Shown here piece after piece: positions 24,746-38,319 of a stretch of 64,000 nucleotides of DNA. Source of the stretch: Camelus dromedarius (taxonomy: Eukaryota); assembly GCF_036321535.1 (NCBI RefSeq), contig NC_087436.1, forward strand, positions 26,414,001 to 26,478,000, written 5' to 3'. The stretch's first letter is position 1, and every line of letters begins with the position of its first letter. Below the pieces are notes generated by a model that saw nothing but the letters and a program-made list of their open reading frames with translations, was not told where the DNA came from and did not search any database. The position numbers and the translations under genes are program-made.

Positions 24746-25740
24746 TGTATTAGACAAAATTCTAAGATTTCCCCAAAGATCTCCTATTCTCTCTGATATA
24801 TGTCCTGAATAATTCCCTAGCTGAATATGATGGGTTTTGCTCCCAGGATTAGGCTATGTTCTATGACATGGTTGACTTTAAGATATATTTTTCTAAGCAG
24901 GCCTGATCTGATCACAACAGTTTTTAAAAGGAGAGTTTTTCTCAGATTGTTGCAGAAGACCAAGTCAGAGACTTGAAGCACTAGCATGATTCATTGAGCC
25001 ATCTAGCTTGCAGATGGGGACCATGAGAAAAGGAATTTAGAGTGGCCTCTAGAAGCTGAGAATGACCTCCAACCTCCAGCCAGCAAGAAAATGGGTTTGA
25101 GTCATATTACCACAAAGAAATGAATTCTCTCTCAACATACAGGAATGATTTGTGAGCAGATTTTTCCCAGGAGACTCCAGAAAAAAACAGCCTGGTCAAC
25201 ACTTGATTTTGATTTCAGTTATGTGTTGTCCAAAGCAGAAAGGCAAACTAGCTTTCTGACTAAAGAAGTTTGTGAGGTGGTAAAAACCAAGATAGTAGTG
25301 TCAAAATGGAGTCACTTATGCCAAACACCACATCACCAAAGTGAGATTTAACTTAATTACTGTTTTGGCTCTCCCAGAAATGGAATCTTAAACAGTCAAT
25401 CAGAAATTTTCTGTCAGAACTAGTTAGAATATCTTCTTGATGAATTCCTGCCATTCCTTAAAAAAAAACTAACCTTGCAATAACCAACCTGCTTTTTTGC
25501 CTTGTATAACTTTCTTGTTCCTTCTCCTTTCTACGCATGAAAATCTTTCATTTTGTATAGCTTCTCAGAGCTCTTTTCTATCTGCTGGCTTGAATGCTGC
25601 TCGACTGGAATTGATTTTTACTCAAACTCTTAAAAATTTTAATATGCCTCAGTTTATCTTTTAAGAGAGATAATAAATGAGTATTGTTTTAGGATACAAG
25701 ATTTGTGGTGAGGAAGTAGTCATAGAATCAGCATAAACAG
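24746..25740 (+). mobile_element. MLT1E-like LTR split by an ERV1 LTR
   Basis: aattctaagat...gtggcctctagaagctgag...cagccagcaagaaaatggg...tgtgag | gagataataaatgagtattgtttt. Confidence 0.7.
25278..25666 (+). mobile_element. MER34-like ERV1 solo LTR
   Basis: aaaatggagtcacttatg...aaactcttaaaaattttaatatgcctcagtttatcttttaa; 4-bp TSD gagg/gaga. Confidence 0.75.
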
Positions 25741-28204
25741 TTTCTGTTTTTTAGGTGTTAATGTTGTTTCATTCAATGAATAATTGCAGATTTAAGTGGC
25801 AGACATCAGTTTCCCATCCCATCCCTAACTTTTGGAAAGCATTTCAAGTTTTGTTTGGGTGACTATCTTTCCTTACCATATTTTAAAGATACTTTAATTT
25901 GCATGAAATTCAGAAAACCCCAACTCCAAGAATGGAGGCATAATGAATGTAATTGATATTTATCTTATCAAATGCAATTATTTCAGATTCTTGCACACTT
26001 CCTAGGTGAATCTCAGGGCAATTAATAGGATTTTTCCTGAAAGTCTTTGGAAACAAATGACCCCTATTTAGCTGGACGTGAACAAGGAAGATCTTCACTC
26101 TTTCTATCTGATTTACAATACATACTCCCATGAATTTTTCCCTTTATAGAGTGATACTAATTTTTTACTCTTTGTTTCCTCTTTCTTGGTTTCAATCACC
26201 AAATACTTCTGTCATTCAGCTTTACCTCATCTGAAAACTTTCAAAATGAGTTCACTTTTTAGTAAGAGCATTTTAGATTGATTTCTTCCTGATGAATCAA
26301 GAAGAGACATTTCATCCACTTAATCATTGATATATTTTAAGAGTGTGTCTTAGAATGGCCACTGGAAAGATCCCCACAGGTGACCAGTTTCTCTCATTTA
26401 TTCTCACTGTTGAAATCCCAGACAGAAAATACTTTATACAAAGCAAATAATTTGCAAAATCTCTGTTCAGATTGTGGACCATTGTCTCCTAGACTGAACC
26501 ACAAGTAGTGTTAGTTTGAAAAGTACAGAACAATATAAGTGCACAGACAATTATATACTTGTTTGAGGTTGCAGTAAATCCTTGAGGAAATTCTCCAAAT
26601 AAACATAACTTATTCTTATATTCATATTTACTGTGTTTCATGCAACTATTATTTTATTTTAAACTTGTCTTCCTCTGTCTTTTATCATCTGGTTTTTAGG
26701 TCATGCCAAAGAGAATGCCAAAACTTCTGTTCTTCACTGCCACCTAGAAAATAAGCTCCCACAAAATAATAAGCTTTTAAATATTCAGAATTTACTTCCT
26801 CAAGCAAAGGTACATGGAAAAGTCAATAGACTTGTACTTGGCAGATTTAATGGCCATGAATTTGAGAAAGGGAGGTCTGAGCAGGCTGTGTATTATTTGG
26901 TTATCTCCTTTTAGAACACTGTCTTGCATTTGTTTTCTGAAATTGCAGCGCAGTTAAATAGGAAGGATTTTCTTTTTCACCATATGCACATGAGCTGTGA
27001 ACTATAGTCAAATGAAAACTAATCTCTATTATTTATGTTTCTGAGTGAAAACTATAAATCAGCTACATGTGTCATTTATAATATTATTTATAAAATAAAG
27101 TGGAATCCATGAAAACCTGCTTGTATTTGAACCAAATAAAATAAAGTTAGAAAAGGTACAATTTTACCTTTGCCTCTATCACAAATCTATTGCAGTACTA
27201 TATGAGACACTGGTTGAGAAGATCTAGGATTGAGATGAGAAGGATATATGCCCCCAAACTTAGATCACCTCCTGGTATGTGGCTCGCTTATCTGTTAAAG
27301 ACCCTGGATAGTATACTGCACTGTGAAACTCATCTGTGAGTTGCAAAAGCACTTTGACCTAACAGACAAGTTTGCTCCTGAAGAAGCCTTTAGCCATTTA
27401 TGCTGACAGCAACAGACATTGCTTTACTACATTTCCGCTATGTATTTATAATACTAATATAAGATAATGGGAATAAATTTTGTTAAAAACATAAAACTTT
27501 AATAACAGAGTTTTTAGCTTCTTTACATGCCTGAAAATTCTTTGCTAAACCAACTAGAAGGAAACACATTTATTAGTATTTACTACATTTAGTGATTTAG
27601 TACATTTTTGTGATTACTAAAAATTAATAGTATTGAGCAACACAAGTTTATACATGTTCTGGTAGTTTCTGTACTGAACATATGGTTAAGCCTGTTCTCT
27701 GCTCACTGGTTTTTGTGTGCATGATTTAGCTTATATCTGGAAAAAATATTACCAAAGGCAGAAAATCAAATTGTCTTAAATATTTTTATGTTCTACTGGT
27801 AAACCCAAAGCCATGTAATATGGTTATCTTTTTCCTGGATTTGTTATGTTAATCCCTTAATTAAACCTTAAAGCCACAGTATGCTGGCATTTAAAAAGCT
27901 GCTGACTGAATCAAAGCCAAAAAATTTACAGAGAACAGATGACACTTTTCCCCTCAGGCCAGTCTCAGTATCCTAACCTCAGCTTTAGTAAGCCAAGGCA
28001 GCTGCAGTGGTTAGCAGGCCCCTCCCTCTGGGTAGCAGTGCTATCAGGCAGCGACTGGCCCTCTAGAGGGGTTTCTCCATTTAACAATGCTTTTTATACT
28101 GACCCTGGGAGGCAAAAACCAGCAAGGTTGTGTTGCTATTTCCTACAATATACTGGAATACTTGGACAAAGATATAATCTTGTTTTTAGCTAATGTGTAC
28201 ATAG

Positions 28205-28672
28205 TTTATTTTTAAATAGAAATATAGTTGGTGTACAGTATTATGTTAGTTTCAGGTGTACTACATAATGGTTTGACATTTGCATATATTATGAAATGAT
28301 CATCATGATAAATCTAGTAAACATCTGTCTCATGCAAACTTACTACATTACTATTGACCATATTCCTTATGCTGTGTATATATACCCGTGACTTATTTAT
28401 TATTATTACTGTAGGTTTCTACCTCTTAATCTCTGTCACTTATTTCACCTACCCTCCTCAAACCCCTCCATTCTGGCAACTACCAGTGTATTCTCTGTAT
28501 CCATGAATTTGTTTTCATTTTGTTTTCTTTGTTTTGTTTCTTAGATTTCACATATAAGTTAGATCATGTGGTATTTGTCTTTTCTTGTATAATTAACTTA
28601 GCATAATACCCTCTAGATCCATCCATGTTGTCACAATGACAAGATTTCATTTTTAATGGCTGAGTAATATTC

Positions 28673-28717
<45 letters not shown>

Positions 28718-31700
28718 TATGTGTGTGTGTACACACCGCATCTTCTTTATCCATTCATCTAACCATGGATACTGGGGTTGCTTTCATATCTTGGCTATTG
28801 TAAATTATGCTACAATAAACATTGGAATGCATATATCTTTTCAGATGAGTGTTTTGGGGTTTTTTTTTTTGGATAAATGCTGAGAAGTGGAATTGCTGGA
28901 TTGTACGGTAGTTCTATTTTTAATTTTTTGAAGAACCTACATACTGTTTTCCATAGAGGCTGCACTGATTACATTTCCACCAACAATGCATGAGTTTCTC
29001 TTTTCTCCACATCCTCACCAACATTTGTTATTTGTCATCTTTTTGATGATAGCCATTCTGATAGATGTGAGCTTGTATCTAATAAATTTTAATTTGCATT
29101 TCTCTTATGATTAGTGATCAGAAAGGTGTCTTTTCATGTGCCTGTTGGCCATGTGTAAATGTTCTTGAGAAAAATGTCTATTCAAGTCCTCTCCCCATTT
29201 TTTAATTGGGCAATTTGTTTTTACAATGTTGAGTTGTATGACTTCTTTGTATATATTGGCTATTAACCCCTTACTGGCTATATTATTTGCAAATATCTTT
29301 TCCCATTTGATTGGCTGCCTTTTCATTTGTTGATAGTTTCCTTTGCTGTTCAAAAGCTTTTTACTTTCATGTAATCCCGTTGGTTTATTTCTGCACCTGT
29401 TTCCCTTGCCTAGGTAGACATATCCAAAAAAATATTTCTAAGACTGCTGTCAATGAACATACTGCCTCTGTTTTCATCTAATGGTTTCATGCCTTACATT
29501 TAAGTCTTTAATCCATTTTGAGTTGACAAGGTATGAGAAAGTAGTCCAGATTGATTCTTTTGCATGTAGCTGACCAGTTTTTCCAATACTTTTTATTAAA
29601 AAGGCTGTCTCTTCTGCATTGTATATTCTTTCCTCCTTTGTCATAGATCAGTTGACCAAATAAGTGTGGGTTTATTTCAAGGTTCTCTACTCTGTTCTGT
29701 TGATCTATGTGTCTGTTTTTGTGCTAGTACCATACTGTTTTGATTACTTAACTTTGGAATATAGTAAAATCAGAGAGTATGATACCTCCAGCTTTGTTCT
29801 TTCTCAAGATAATGGGGCTATTTGGGATCTGCTGTGTTTCTACACAAATGTTAGAATTATTTGTTCTAGTTCTATGAAAAATGCCATTGGTATTTTGATA
29901 GGGATCACACTAAATCTATAGATTGCTTCAGGTAGTATGGTCATTTTAACAATATTAATTCTTCCAATCCCTGCATAGTATATATATCTTTTCACTTGTT
30001 TGTGTCATCTTCAATTTCTTTCATCAGTGTCTTATTACAGTTTCCTGAGTCCAGGTCTTTTATCTCTTTGGTTAGATTTATTTCTAGTATTTTATTATTT
30101 TTGATGTAATTGTAAATGGGATTGTTTTCTTAATTCTCTTCCTAATAGTTTGTTATTAGTGTTCAGAAATGCAACAGATTTCTGTATATTAATTTTGTAT
30201 CCTGCAACATTACTGAATTCATATTTTACTTCTAATAGTTTTTTTTGGAAACTTTTTAGGAATTTCTATGTACAGATTCATGTTATCTGACTAACAGTAA
30301 CAGTTTTACTTCTTCCTTTTCAATTGGATTCCTTTTATTTCTTTTTCTTATCTAATTATGTGTCTAGGACTTGTAATACTATTTTGAATGAAAGTGGTGA
30401 GTGTGGGCATTCTTTTCTTATTCTTGATCTGTCTCTTTCTCTCTCTCTTTTCCTTCTGAGACCCTTATAGTGTGAATGTTAGTATACTTGATGTCCCAGA
30501 GGTCTCTTAAACCAACCTCATATAAATGTTTTGGTTTTTTTCTATTTTCTGTTCAGTGTGATGATTCCTACTACTGTCTTTCAATTCACTGATCCTTTCC
30601 TCTGTATCATCAGATCTTCTGATGATTCCTTCTAGTGTAATTTTAATTTTAGTTATTAAATTTGTATTCTTCAGCTGTTTGGTTCTTCTTTATATTTTCT
30701 AATTCTTTGTCAAAATTCTTACTGTTTTTATCCAGTTTTCTCCCAAGTTCATTGAGAATCTGTATGATCATTACCTTGACCTTTTTTTGGATAGATTGTT
30801 TATCTCCACTTTGTTTTGTTCTTTTTCTGAGAATTTTTTCTTGTTCCTTTTTTTGGAACATATTCCTCTGTCTCCTTATTTTGCCTAGTTCTCTGTGTTT
30901 ATTTTTATTGATAAGTTAGGTCAGTAATATTTCCTAGTCTTAGGGAAGTAGCCTTATGTAGATGTTCTATGGGTCCCAACAGCTCACTCTCTCCCCCTGA
31001 TCTGGTATGATGCCTGGTCCAGCCTTGAGCAATGGCTGTTGACCCACTGGTGAGTGGGGCCTGGCTCTGGAGCAGCTGGCTGCAAAGCCAAGAAGGTCCT
31101 GAGGTTGATGCAGGCCCTCTGTTTAGTGGGACCAGGTCCTGTGGCTGCTGGCTATGGGGCCCATGTGGGTCCCAGGGCTGGTGCTGGTCCTTTGGTGGGC
31201 AGGTAAGCTCTTGATGCAAATAGCTAATGGGAGGACTCCATAATGGCACTTGCCAGCACCAGTATTTTGGTAGATATAGCTTCCCAAAATGGGTGCCATC
31301 AGCATCTCTGTCCCCAGAGGGAGATTCGGTTGCCTACTGCTTCTCCAGGAGACTCTCCAAGACCAGCAATTGGGTCAGAACCCTGAGCCCTTCAAATTAC
31401 CACCTACACATGCACCCTTTAAGAGTGAAATCTCTGTTTCCTACAGCCCCCTGGCTTTCCCATATGCAAGCTTCTCTGGCCTTCAGTGCCAGATGTTTTG
31501 GTGGCATGCCTTCCTAGTGTAGGACCCCCTGGCCAGAGGGACCCCAATGTGAGGGGGCCAAGCCCTCTCTTCTTGGAGAGAGCCTCTGCAATGGTGATTA
31601 TAGTCCTTTTAGTGTGTCACTTACCGGGGAGTGTGGGTCTTGACTAGCGTGGGTCTGTGTCTCCACCTCTTCTACTCAGCTTTTTTCAGTTCCTTCTGTG

Positions 31701-31845
31701 TATCTTTAGTTGTAGAAAATCTCTTTTGCTAGTTTTAAAGTCATTCTCATAGATAGCTGCTCTGTAAATAGTTGTAATTTTAGTGTGCCTGTAGGAGGAG
31801 GTGAGTTCAGGTTCTTTCTGCTCTACAGTCTTGGCCACATCCTCT
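28205..31845 (-). mobile_element. L1 with 5'UTR and 3' end but a large internal deletion (mid-ORF1 to ORF2 RT)
   Basis: 3'UTR and ORF2 C-terminal half to about 30430, then jumps to ORF1 N-half (ORF 30649..30861) and a GC-richer 5'UTR ending ...tcttggccacatcc. Confidence 0.9.
28675..28730. repeat. (GT)n microsatellite
   Basis: GT run with two AT interruptions. Confidence 0.95.
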
Positions 31846-31928
31846 ATAGATTCTTATTTGTTCAGCTCAAATAGAGAGCCAAAGTATTCCTCATAGGAAG
31901 AATTTTCTTTCCTGTATATGTGTGCACA

Positions 31929-31931
<3 letters not shown>

Positions 31932-31982
<51 letters not shown>
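31932..31982. repeat. (CA)n microsatellite
   Basis: About 25 CA units. Confidence 0.95.
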
Positions 31983-31984
<2 letters not shown>

Positions 31985-31985
<1 letters not shown>

Positions 31986-32160
31986 CTATGGAAAGAATTG
32001 TGTCCCTCCCCTCCACCTTAATTCATATGTTGAAGCCATAACATCCAATGTTTGGAGATGGGGCCTTTGGGAGATAATTAGTTTTAGTTAGGGTCATGAG
32101 GCCTTGTAATAGGATTAGGGCCCTTATAAGAAAAGACACCAGACAGCTTGCTTCCTCTGC
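31985..32160 (+). mobile_element. Partial MLT1A-like LTR
   Basis: aattcatatgttgaagcc...ggggcctttgggagataattag...cccttataagaaaagacaccaga; resembles 4785-5123. Confidence 0.75.
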
Positions 32161-33486
32161 TTTGTTTTTTCATGGGTCAGACTAGTGAAATGAATGGCAG
32201 GGAATCACCATTCTGCATTCTTTGGATTTATAGGGATATTCCTAATTTTTTCCATTCATCCCAAGATGCAATGTTATTTTTTATTTATGAATTCATCCAA
32301 GGAACATCACTGTCAGAGGCTTCCATTTAGCCTTCTACACTATGATTTCTCTTACCTCTCAGGCCAAGGCCCCAGGGAGTTGACCTCACTTTTAGGCAGA
32401 GGCTTCCAGGTCCCACACTGGGTATTATCTGGAAACCTGGGAAGAAATCATGACTTATGTTTTGATAACTTCTTTCAATCTCCTGAGGATCTATTCTTAA
32501 TTTCCTTTGATTGTGCAGAGTAAACGTTTTTGTTGGATACCTATCTAATTTGTCCCTAATGTCATCATGCTATGTTAACCTTCTCCATATCTTTTTGCAG
32601 GTCAAGCCTCTCTTGGCTGCCTCTCTGGTTTTACTATACATTGAAATATTTGGCTTCCTCTGACTATCAAAGATTTTTATTTTTTATCAATTTCTATGAT
32701 TATGATTGCTGTCAATAAGCCCACTCCTGCAATTCCATCTTCTGTACCAGGAGTATTGGCCTGATAGACCTTTCATAGTCATTCCCTCACATTTGTAGTA
32801 ACCTCATCTTTTTTATCACCCAAATGTATTTTTCTTCATTAATTATATCAATTTACAGTTATCTGAATATGATGATTAATTTGGCTTATATTTCTTCTCA
32901 TATGGTATGCCCTTTATCTGTATTGTAATCCCACTATCAACAAGAGGCTAAATTCTAAATGTTTCCATAACACACTTTATTTTGGAAATCTATTGCTGAT
33001 ACTTCACTCCAGAAACTGTTACTGCATTTCTCTTCCTTTCTGAGTTAGATGTCTTTTCTATGAATTACTATAGTTAGCAATATTATAATCTTATTATTTA
33101 CTTGTCTTCTTCACTGTGTGTTAACTGCCAAAGAATTAGAAAATGAGTCATGTTTGGCCTTATATCTAACTTATTGTAGTTGTGTAGCACATGATTCTTG
33201 AGTGAAAGAAAATAACTATAATAATTAAAGATAAAGTACCAGCCATTGACTTAACAAATACCATTCTCAGATGCCAAAAGATTTGATTGAATTGTGTTGG
33301 GATATGTCAATTCAATGTGGCACAAAATTAACCAAACACTAGGGAAACTGTGTTATTAAGAAGGATATCACTTTTGTGTGTGTGTAGGACTAGTTATATT
33401 TTGTGCCAGAAACAGCTTTCAAATACATGAACACAGTCTGAGAGGATTGTTCAGACATACACAAACTTAGTAAACTTATTCTAGAT

Positions 33487-33696
33487 CATGGTTTCTCCAC
33501 TTTGGCACTAATGTCATATTGGGTTGGGAATTCTTTGTGGGGAACCTGTCCTGTTCATTATAGGATGTTTTGTAGGATCCCTAACCTCTACCCAATAGAT
33601 GCCAGTAGCATCACTTCAGTAATGACAACCTAAAATGTTTCCAAATGTTGGTAAATATCCCTTGAGGGATATAATCACTCTGGTTAAGAATCACTG
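33487..33696 (+). mobile_element. MER20 hAT-Charlie MITE
   Basis: ggcacta...tgtcctgttcattataggatgttt...cctctaccca.tagatgccagtagca...ggttaagaatcactg; flanks ttctagat/gtccagaa fit nTCTAGAn. Confidence 0.85.
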
Positions 33697-34037
33697 GTCC
33701 AGAAGTATATATGCATATTTTTCAACTGAGCTAAAGTAGAAACTTATTTTTGTTTGAACTGGTCATCAAGCCTTTATCATATCTAACATGCAATCATAAC
33801 CTAGAGAGAGAAATTCACAAGGGGAAAAATGGCAAAAAAAAAAAAAAATCCATGCAGATTAGATGTCTCATCCTAGAAGGGAATAGTACACTATTGTTTT
33901 AAAAACATTTAAATTATTTTAACTCCTATTCATTCATTACATGTTACCCACTATCTATTTTTCTGTGGAGATTTGTTGACTACCCTTTAACCCTGAAAAA
34001 TCATCCTAAAATATTTTATAAAAAAATGGCAAAATCC

Positions 34038-34490
34038 TGTGTGTTAGTTCAGGTCTTCTGAGTAGCATTTGCCAAGATGGGATTAAATGTGTAAGACCTT
34101 TCTAGGGGGAAATGCCTGGGAAGGAAAGAAGAGAGGCAGTTGGAATTTTTGGAAAGAACCATAAGACTAAGATAGAGGTCTGACTACTGTGAAGGGAAGA
34201 TGAAATAAAGGACAGTTGATGGACAGAGTCTCAAACAGTAGCATAGCTCTAAGAAGTTTTCTGCCAGGCCAAAGTTGTCTCCTCAAGCCAAAGTCACCCT
34301 TCAGAGGCATCCTGCATCCTGCAGGTATGGACCTGCCCCAGTATCCTTGCTATGAACATTAATTGACTGGGAGCAGTGTTTGGAAAGAGTGGGCTCAGCA
34401 CAACCTGGTGGTGGATTCAGAACACAGCACCTGGTGCATCATCAGTTATGCTCCCTGCAGCAGCAGTACCTCGGGCTGTTGGTTGATTTT
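34038..34490 (-). mobile_element. ERVL-class solo LTR (LTR40-like)
   Basis: tgtgttagttcaggtcttctgagtagca...gccaagatgggattaaatgtgtaag...ggggaaatgcctg; family from recall, end approximate. Confidence 0.55.
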
Positions 34491-34627
34491 TCTTTTAAGA
34501 TCCTCGGAGAAGGAGATCTGAGTGTTACATTTTCCCTGCCAAAGTCTGTGTCTTGTTTTGAGGATAAAGAAGAACAGAAGAGTTGAGGAACTAAATATGT
34601 ATTTTATTATTATACAGTAATTACCTC

Positions 34628-34839
34628 CAATTGCACTGTCCAATGCATTAGAAGCCAGTTATATGTGATAATTTAAATTTAAATTAATTAGAATTAAATA
34701 TGATTAAAAATTCAGTTCTGTAGTTGCAGTAGCCATATACCAAGTGCTGAGTAGCCACATGTTGCTAGTGGATACTGTCCTGGAAAGCGATGATTTATAG
34801 TATTTCTATCATGGTAGAATGTTCTCTTGCAGAGCAATG
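34628..34839. mobile_element. MER3-like hAT MITE
   Basis: ctgtccaat...aaaaattcagttc...tagccacatgttgctagtgg...; followed by gtctagag. Confidence 0.8.
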
Positions 34840-35771
34840 GTCTAGAGAAATGGAAGCAACAATATGTTGTCTATTAGGCTTTCTCTTTCATAAAAACTTC
34901 ATTAAAAAGTCAGCAGAAATTAATATAAATTTGGAATTGGCAATAGAAATCTAAATATGGATTGTTTGTTATAACTTTGGAGATAATCTCCCTAAAAGCC
35001 ATACTGTAAGACCCTTATATGTACTTACTAACAGTTTAAACATGTTTTTAACTTCACTGAATATAAGACGAATGTTCAAAAATACGATGTAAAAATTATG
35101 GATAGTAATATACACTAAAAAAATTAGGTGGAAGATGAGGTATTTATAGAAATAATTTAGAAAAATTAATCACATTTGCCCCAATTATCATATGGCTTCA
35201 AAGAAATTATTAATTGTATGTAATAATTTTCAAGTACTCTGTTTTCTGATGTATTCACCTTCAAAAAAAAATAACATCTGTTGAGAAAAATGTGTATTGT
35301 TATGGTTAAATATAGGGTTTATTTCTATTTATTATGCCTTTATAAGTGGCATTTATTCCCTGCTGGAATTATTCATTGTACTTCAAACTGATAGGTAATT
35401 TTTACATTTAGATTCTACTAAAAGAAAAAAATGTATTTTCTAATACATAAGAGGAATTTATGTACTATCAAATCAGTTTTTTGTGAATATTTGAATTACT
35501 ACATTATATTAATGGTTAGTAATTTTGAAGGGGTAATAATTCTTATTGGGCAATCGAAACATATTCTGGACATACTCTTGTGTAAAAGTAACTTTATTCT
35601 TAAGTATTTGTGCTTAAATTAGAACATAAATGAGCACGATAAAATTGCTGTCTTATTAATTTCTGAAGCCAAGTTACACTAATTTCTTTTTTCTTACTGA
35701 CTTATCAGTAAGAAATCAGAGTTCTTTCATTTTTAAAGGACTATGAAGGGGACAATCAGCATAGAAAAGCT

Positions 35772-35990
35772 AATAATGATAACAATTCCTTGCCTGTATA
35801 TTAGGCATCCAGCATTGTACTTGGTACTTTATACACATTACTGCATAGAAGTCTCACAATTAAGGTATGGGGCCTATTGCCATTTTGTCAATCACTTTAC
35901 AGGTGAGGAAACTGAGGGCAAAAAATAGGGAAGCCAGTTTACAAATCAAGGTGACCTTAATTCCTCACCTCATACTCTTACTTATGGATT
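35772..35990 (-). mobile_element. MIR
   Basis: Core tttacaggtgaggaaactgagg. Confidence 0.75.
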
Positions 35991-38319
35991 TATGTAGACA
36001 TCTTGATTCAGTACTTACAAACTGAATGACACTTATTAACACATCTCTACCCTATGATGAAGCAATTACCTGAATTGTTAAAAAAAATATTTTAGGTCTT
36101 GGGTGCAGTGCTAGCTGTTGTCAGAGAAAGGGAGCAGGAGAGCATAAAGAGTTAGTAATGCTGATTAAAGAGTATGTATTTCCAAAAGCTTCATTTAAAC
36201 TCCAATTTGTTCTAAATGCCCATTGGAGGGATTCTGTAATTACAGCAGTTACCAACAATATTATGGTATGCTATTGATATTTTGGTGTCATCTCGACCTT
36301 AACTCGGCAACTTGAGGGTAGAGTCCAGAGCTTCTCACAGTGCCAGTCATATAATGAACAAGATGCAAATTTTTATTAACCACAATTGAACTAACCAAGT
36401 GAAGTCCTTATGATTTCCAAATGTACATTAGCAAAACCCTTCTCAATTATGTCTTTTCATGTCAGAAATATTTATCCTTGCCTTATGCTAGTTTGCTACC
36501 TAGTCAAAACCAGATGTCTAAATTGAGTCTTGAACATTGAAAATATATTGTAAGACAATTATGATTTTTAGAGAACTATATCTATATTAAAACTATCTAT
36601 CCATCCATCTTTCTACATTAGTTTCCAGTCCTTTTGGGTCCTCTGAGATTAGATTCTAGAATTGGATAGATAGGACGTCTGCATTAACATGATACTTGCA
36701 TATTACACAGTGGGGAACAAGGAATAAAGTACAAACTCTGACAGTTAATAAACTGAAGCCTGTGAAATTGCATTTAAGACTGAGAGACCCAAATTCACTT
36801 TATTATAAAATGGTGGCAGAAACTCTGTTTCAAGTTACATAGACATCTCAGATAGGCAAAATCGTTCGTTCTTTACAGATAAAGCAAATGAGGATACCTT
36901 AGTAATTGAATGAATACTAAAAATGTAAACACTGTCCTATTATATTACTTAATTTTATTCACTTGAATTAAATTATATTCAGGATACAATTGAGTGGTAT
37001 AAGCTTGACTTTTAAAAATATTTGTGGCACAGCAGAATATTCAAATGTCAAATAACAATGACCTTTAAGTTAAAAAAAGTTTTCACATAACATAACAAAG
37101 AGACAATATAATTTCTCTTACAGTCATTTTATAACGTATTGTAGAGTATAATTATGAAGACATCTACTTGTTAATTTAATTTCAGCAGCTGTCACTGATG
37201 GCATGAATCTTTCAATATCATTATGAAGGAGTACATGTTCTGGAAGAAAACAGAATAAAAATTTGGGACATGAATATTGAGTGTTATACTGTAAGGAAAG
37301 GTTGTCAGGTTTTAGTGGGACAATGAAATGAGCTGGATGCAACAGATATAGACACAATGAGAACAGAAACATGATATTCTGGCCATTAAATAAAAAAATA
37401 AATTCAAGAAGAGAGTGGTGAATTAGATGTGTGAATAAATGACAATGAAGTTGGAAATTTGGAAAAAGAAGAGCATTAAAGGATTAAATACAGAGTAATC
37501 ACATAGATAATATGTGAAATAAATTGTTATTTTTAAATGCTGCAATAAGAAGACAGAGGAGTTGTGCCTGCTTTTTGTCAAAATAATATCACTAGTTAGA
37601 AATCACATTAGAAATCACATAAAAAAACTTTCTGTCTAGAAGGGAAAAGATGTGCTTTATTTAATGAGTTGGAAAACGGCTTCAAGAAGGAGTATCACTT
37701 CAGGAAGTGTGCAAAATTGTTTTGGTTCACATACTCGATGTAGATATCTTTTAAGAAATAGAGGGAAAAAATCAGATAATTATTACTTCATTGGAGGGTT
37801 TGCTGTGGGAAAGATCCATTCTTAATTCTTTCTACTAAATAGTATGGTTCAAGTTCACTTAGAACAATGAAATATCTATTGAAAATTTCTTCAGGAAGCA
37901 AAATTACATAATAATTTTGGTTTAAGTAAAAACAATGCAATTAAAATATTTTACTTTCTCTAATTTTATATTTATGCAGAATATTTTAAATGGTCCTTAT
38001 AAAACGTGTTTCCAGATAGTGAATTTTTTACTTTAAAGTACATGGAAATTTTACATTATGACTGGATTTAAAGTGCTTAAGAAAAATGTAGTGAATAAAT
38101 AAATGAAATAATGTATTTTCAAATTACAAACTATTTAGCTCCTAGTAAGGGAAAACTTTTTATTAAGAACTTATGGTACATATTAAAATAATTAAACCTT
38201 AGACTTTGGCCTCTCGTAATGTGAGACTCGTAATTATAAAATAAAGTGAAATAAATACCATTTCACTTCTAAAAGCCTTTCATGATGAGAGGGAAAAAGT
38301 TAAGGATAGGTTGATTTTA

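Noticed and set aside
30420..30445. Spliced L1 RNA as the origin of the internal deletion
   Set aside because: An acceptor-like TCTAAG exists, but the ORF1 side lacks a GT donor in the in-window paralogue.
28201..31859. TSD for the 28.2-31.8 kb L1 (atagtttattt / atagattcttattt)
   Set aside because: Needs indels to align; too weak to claim.
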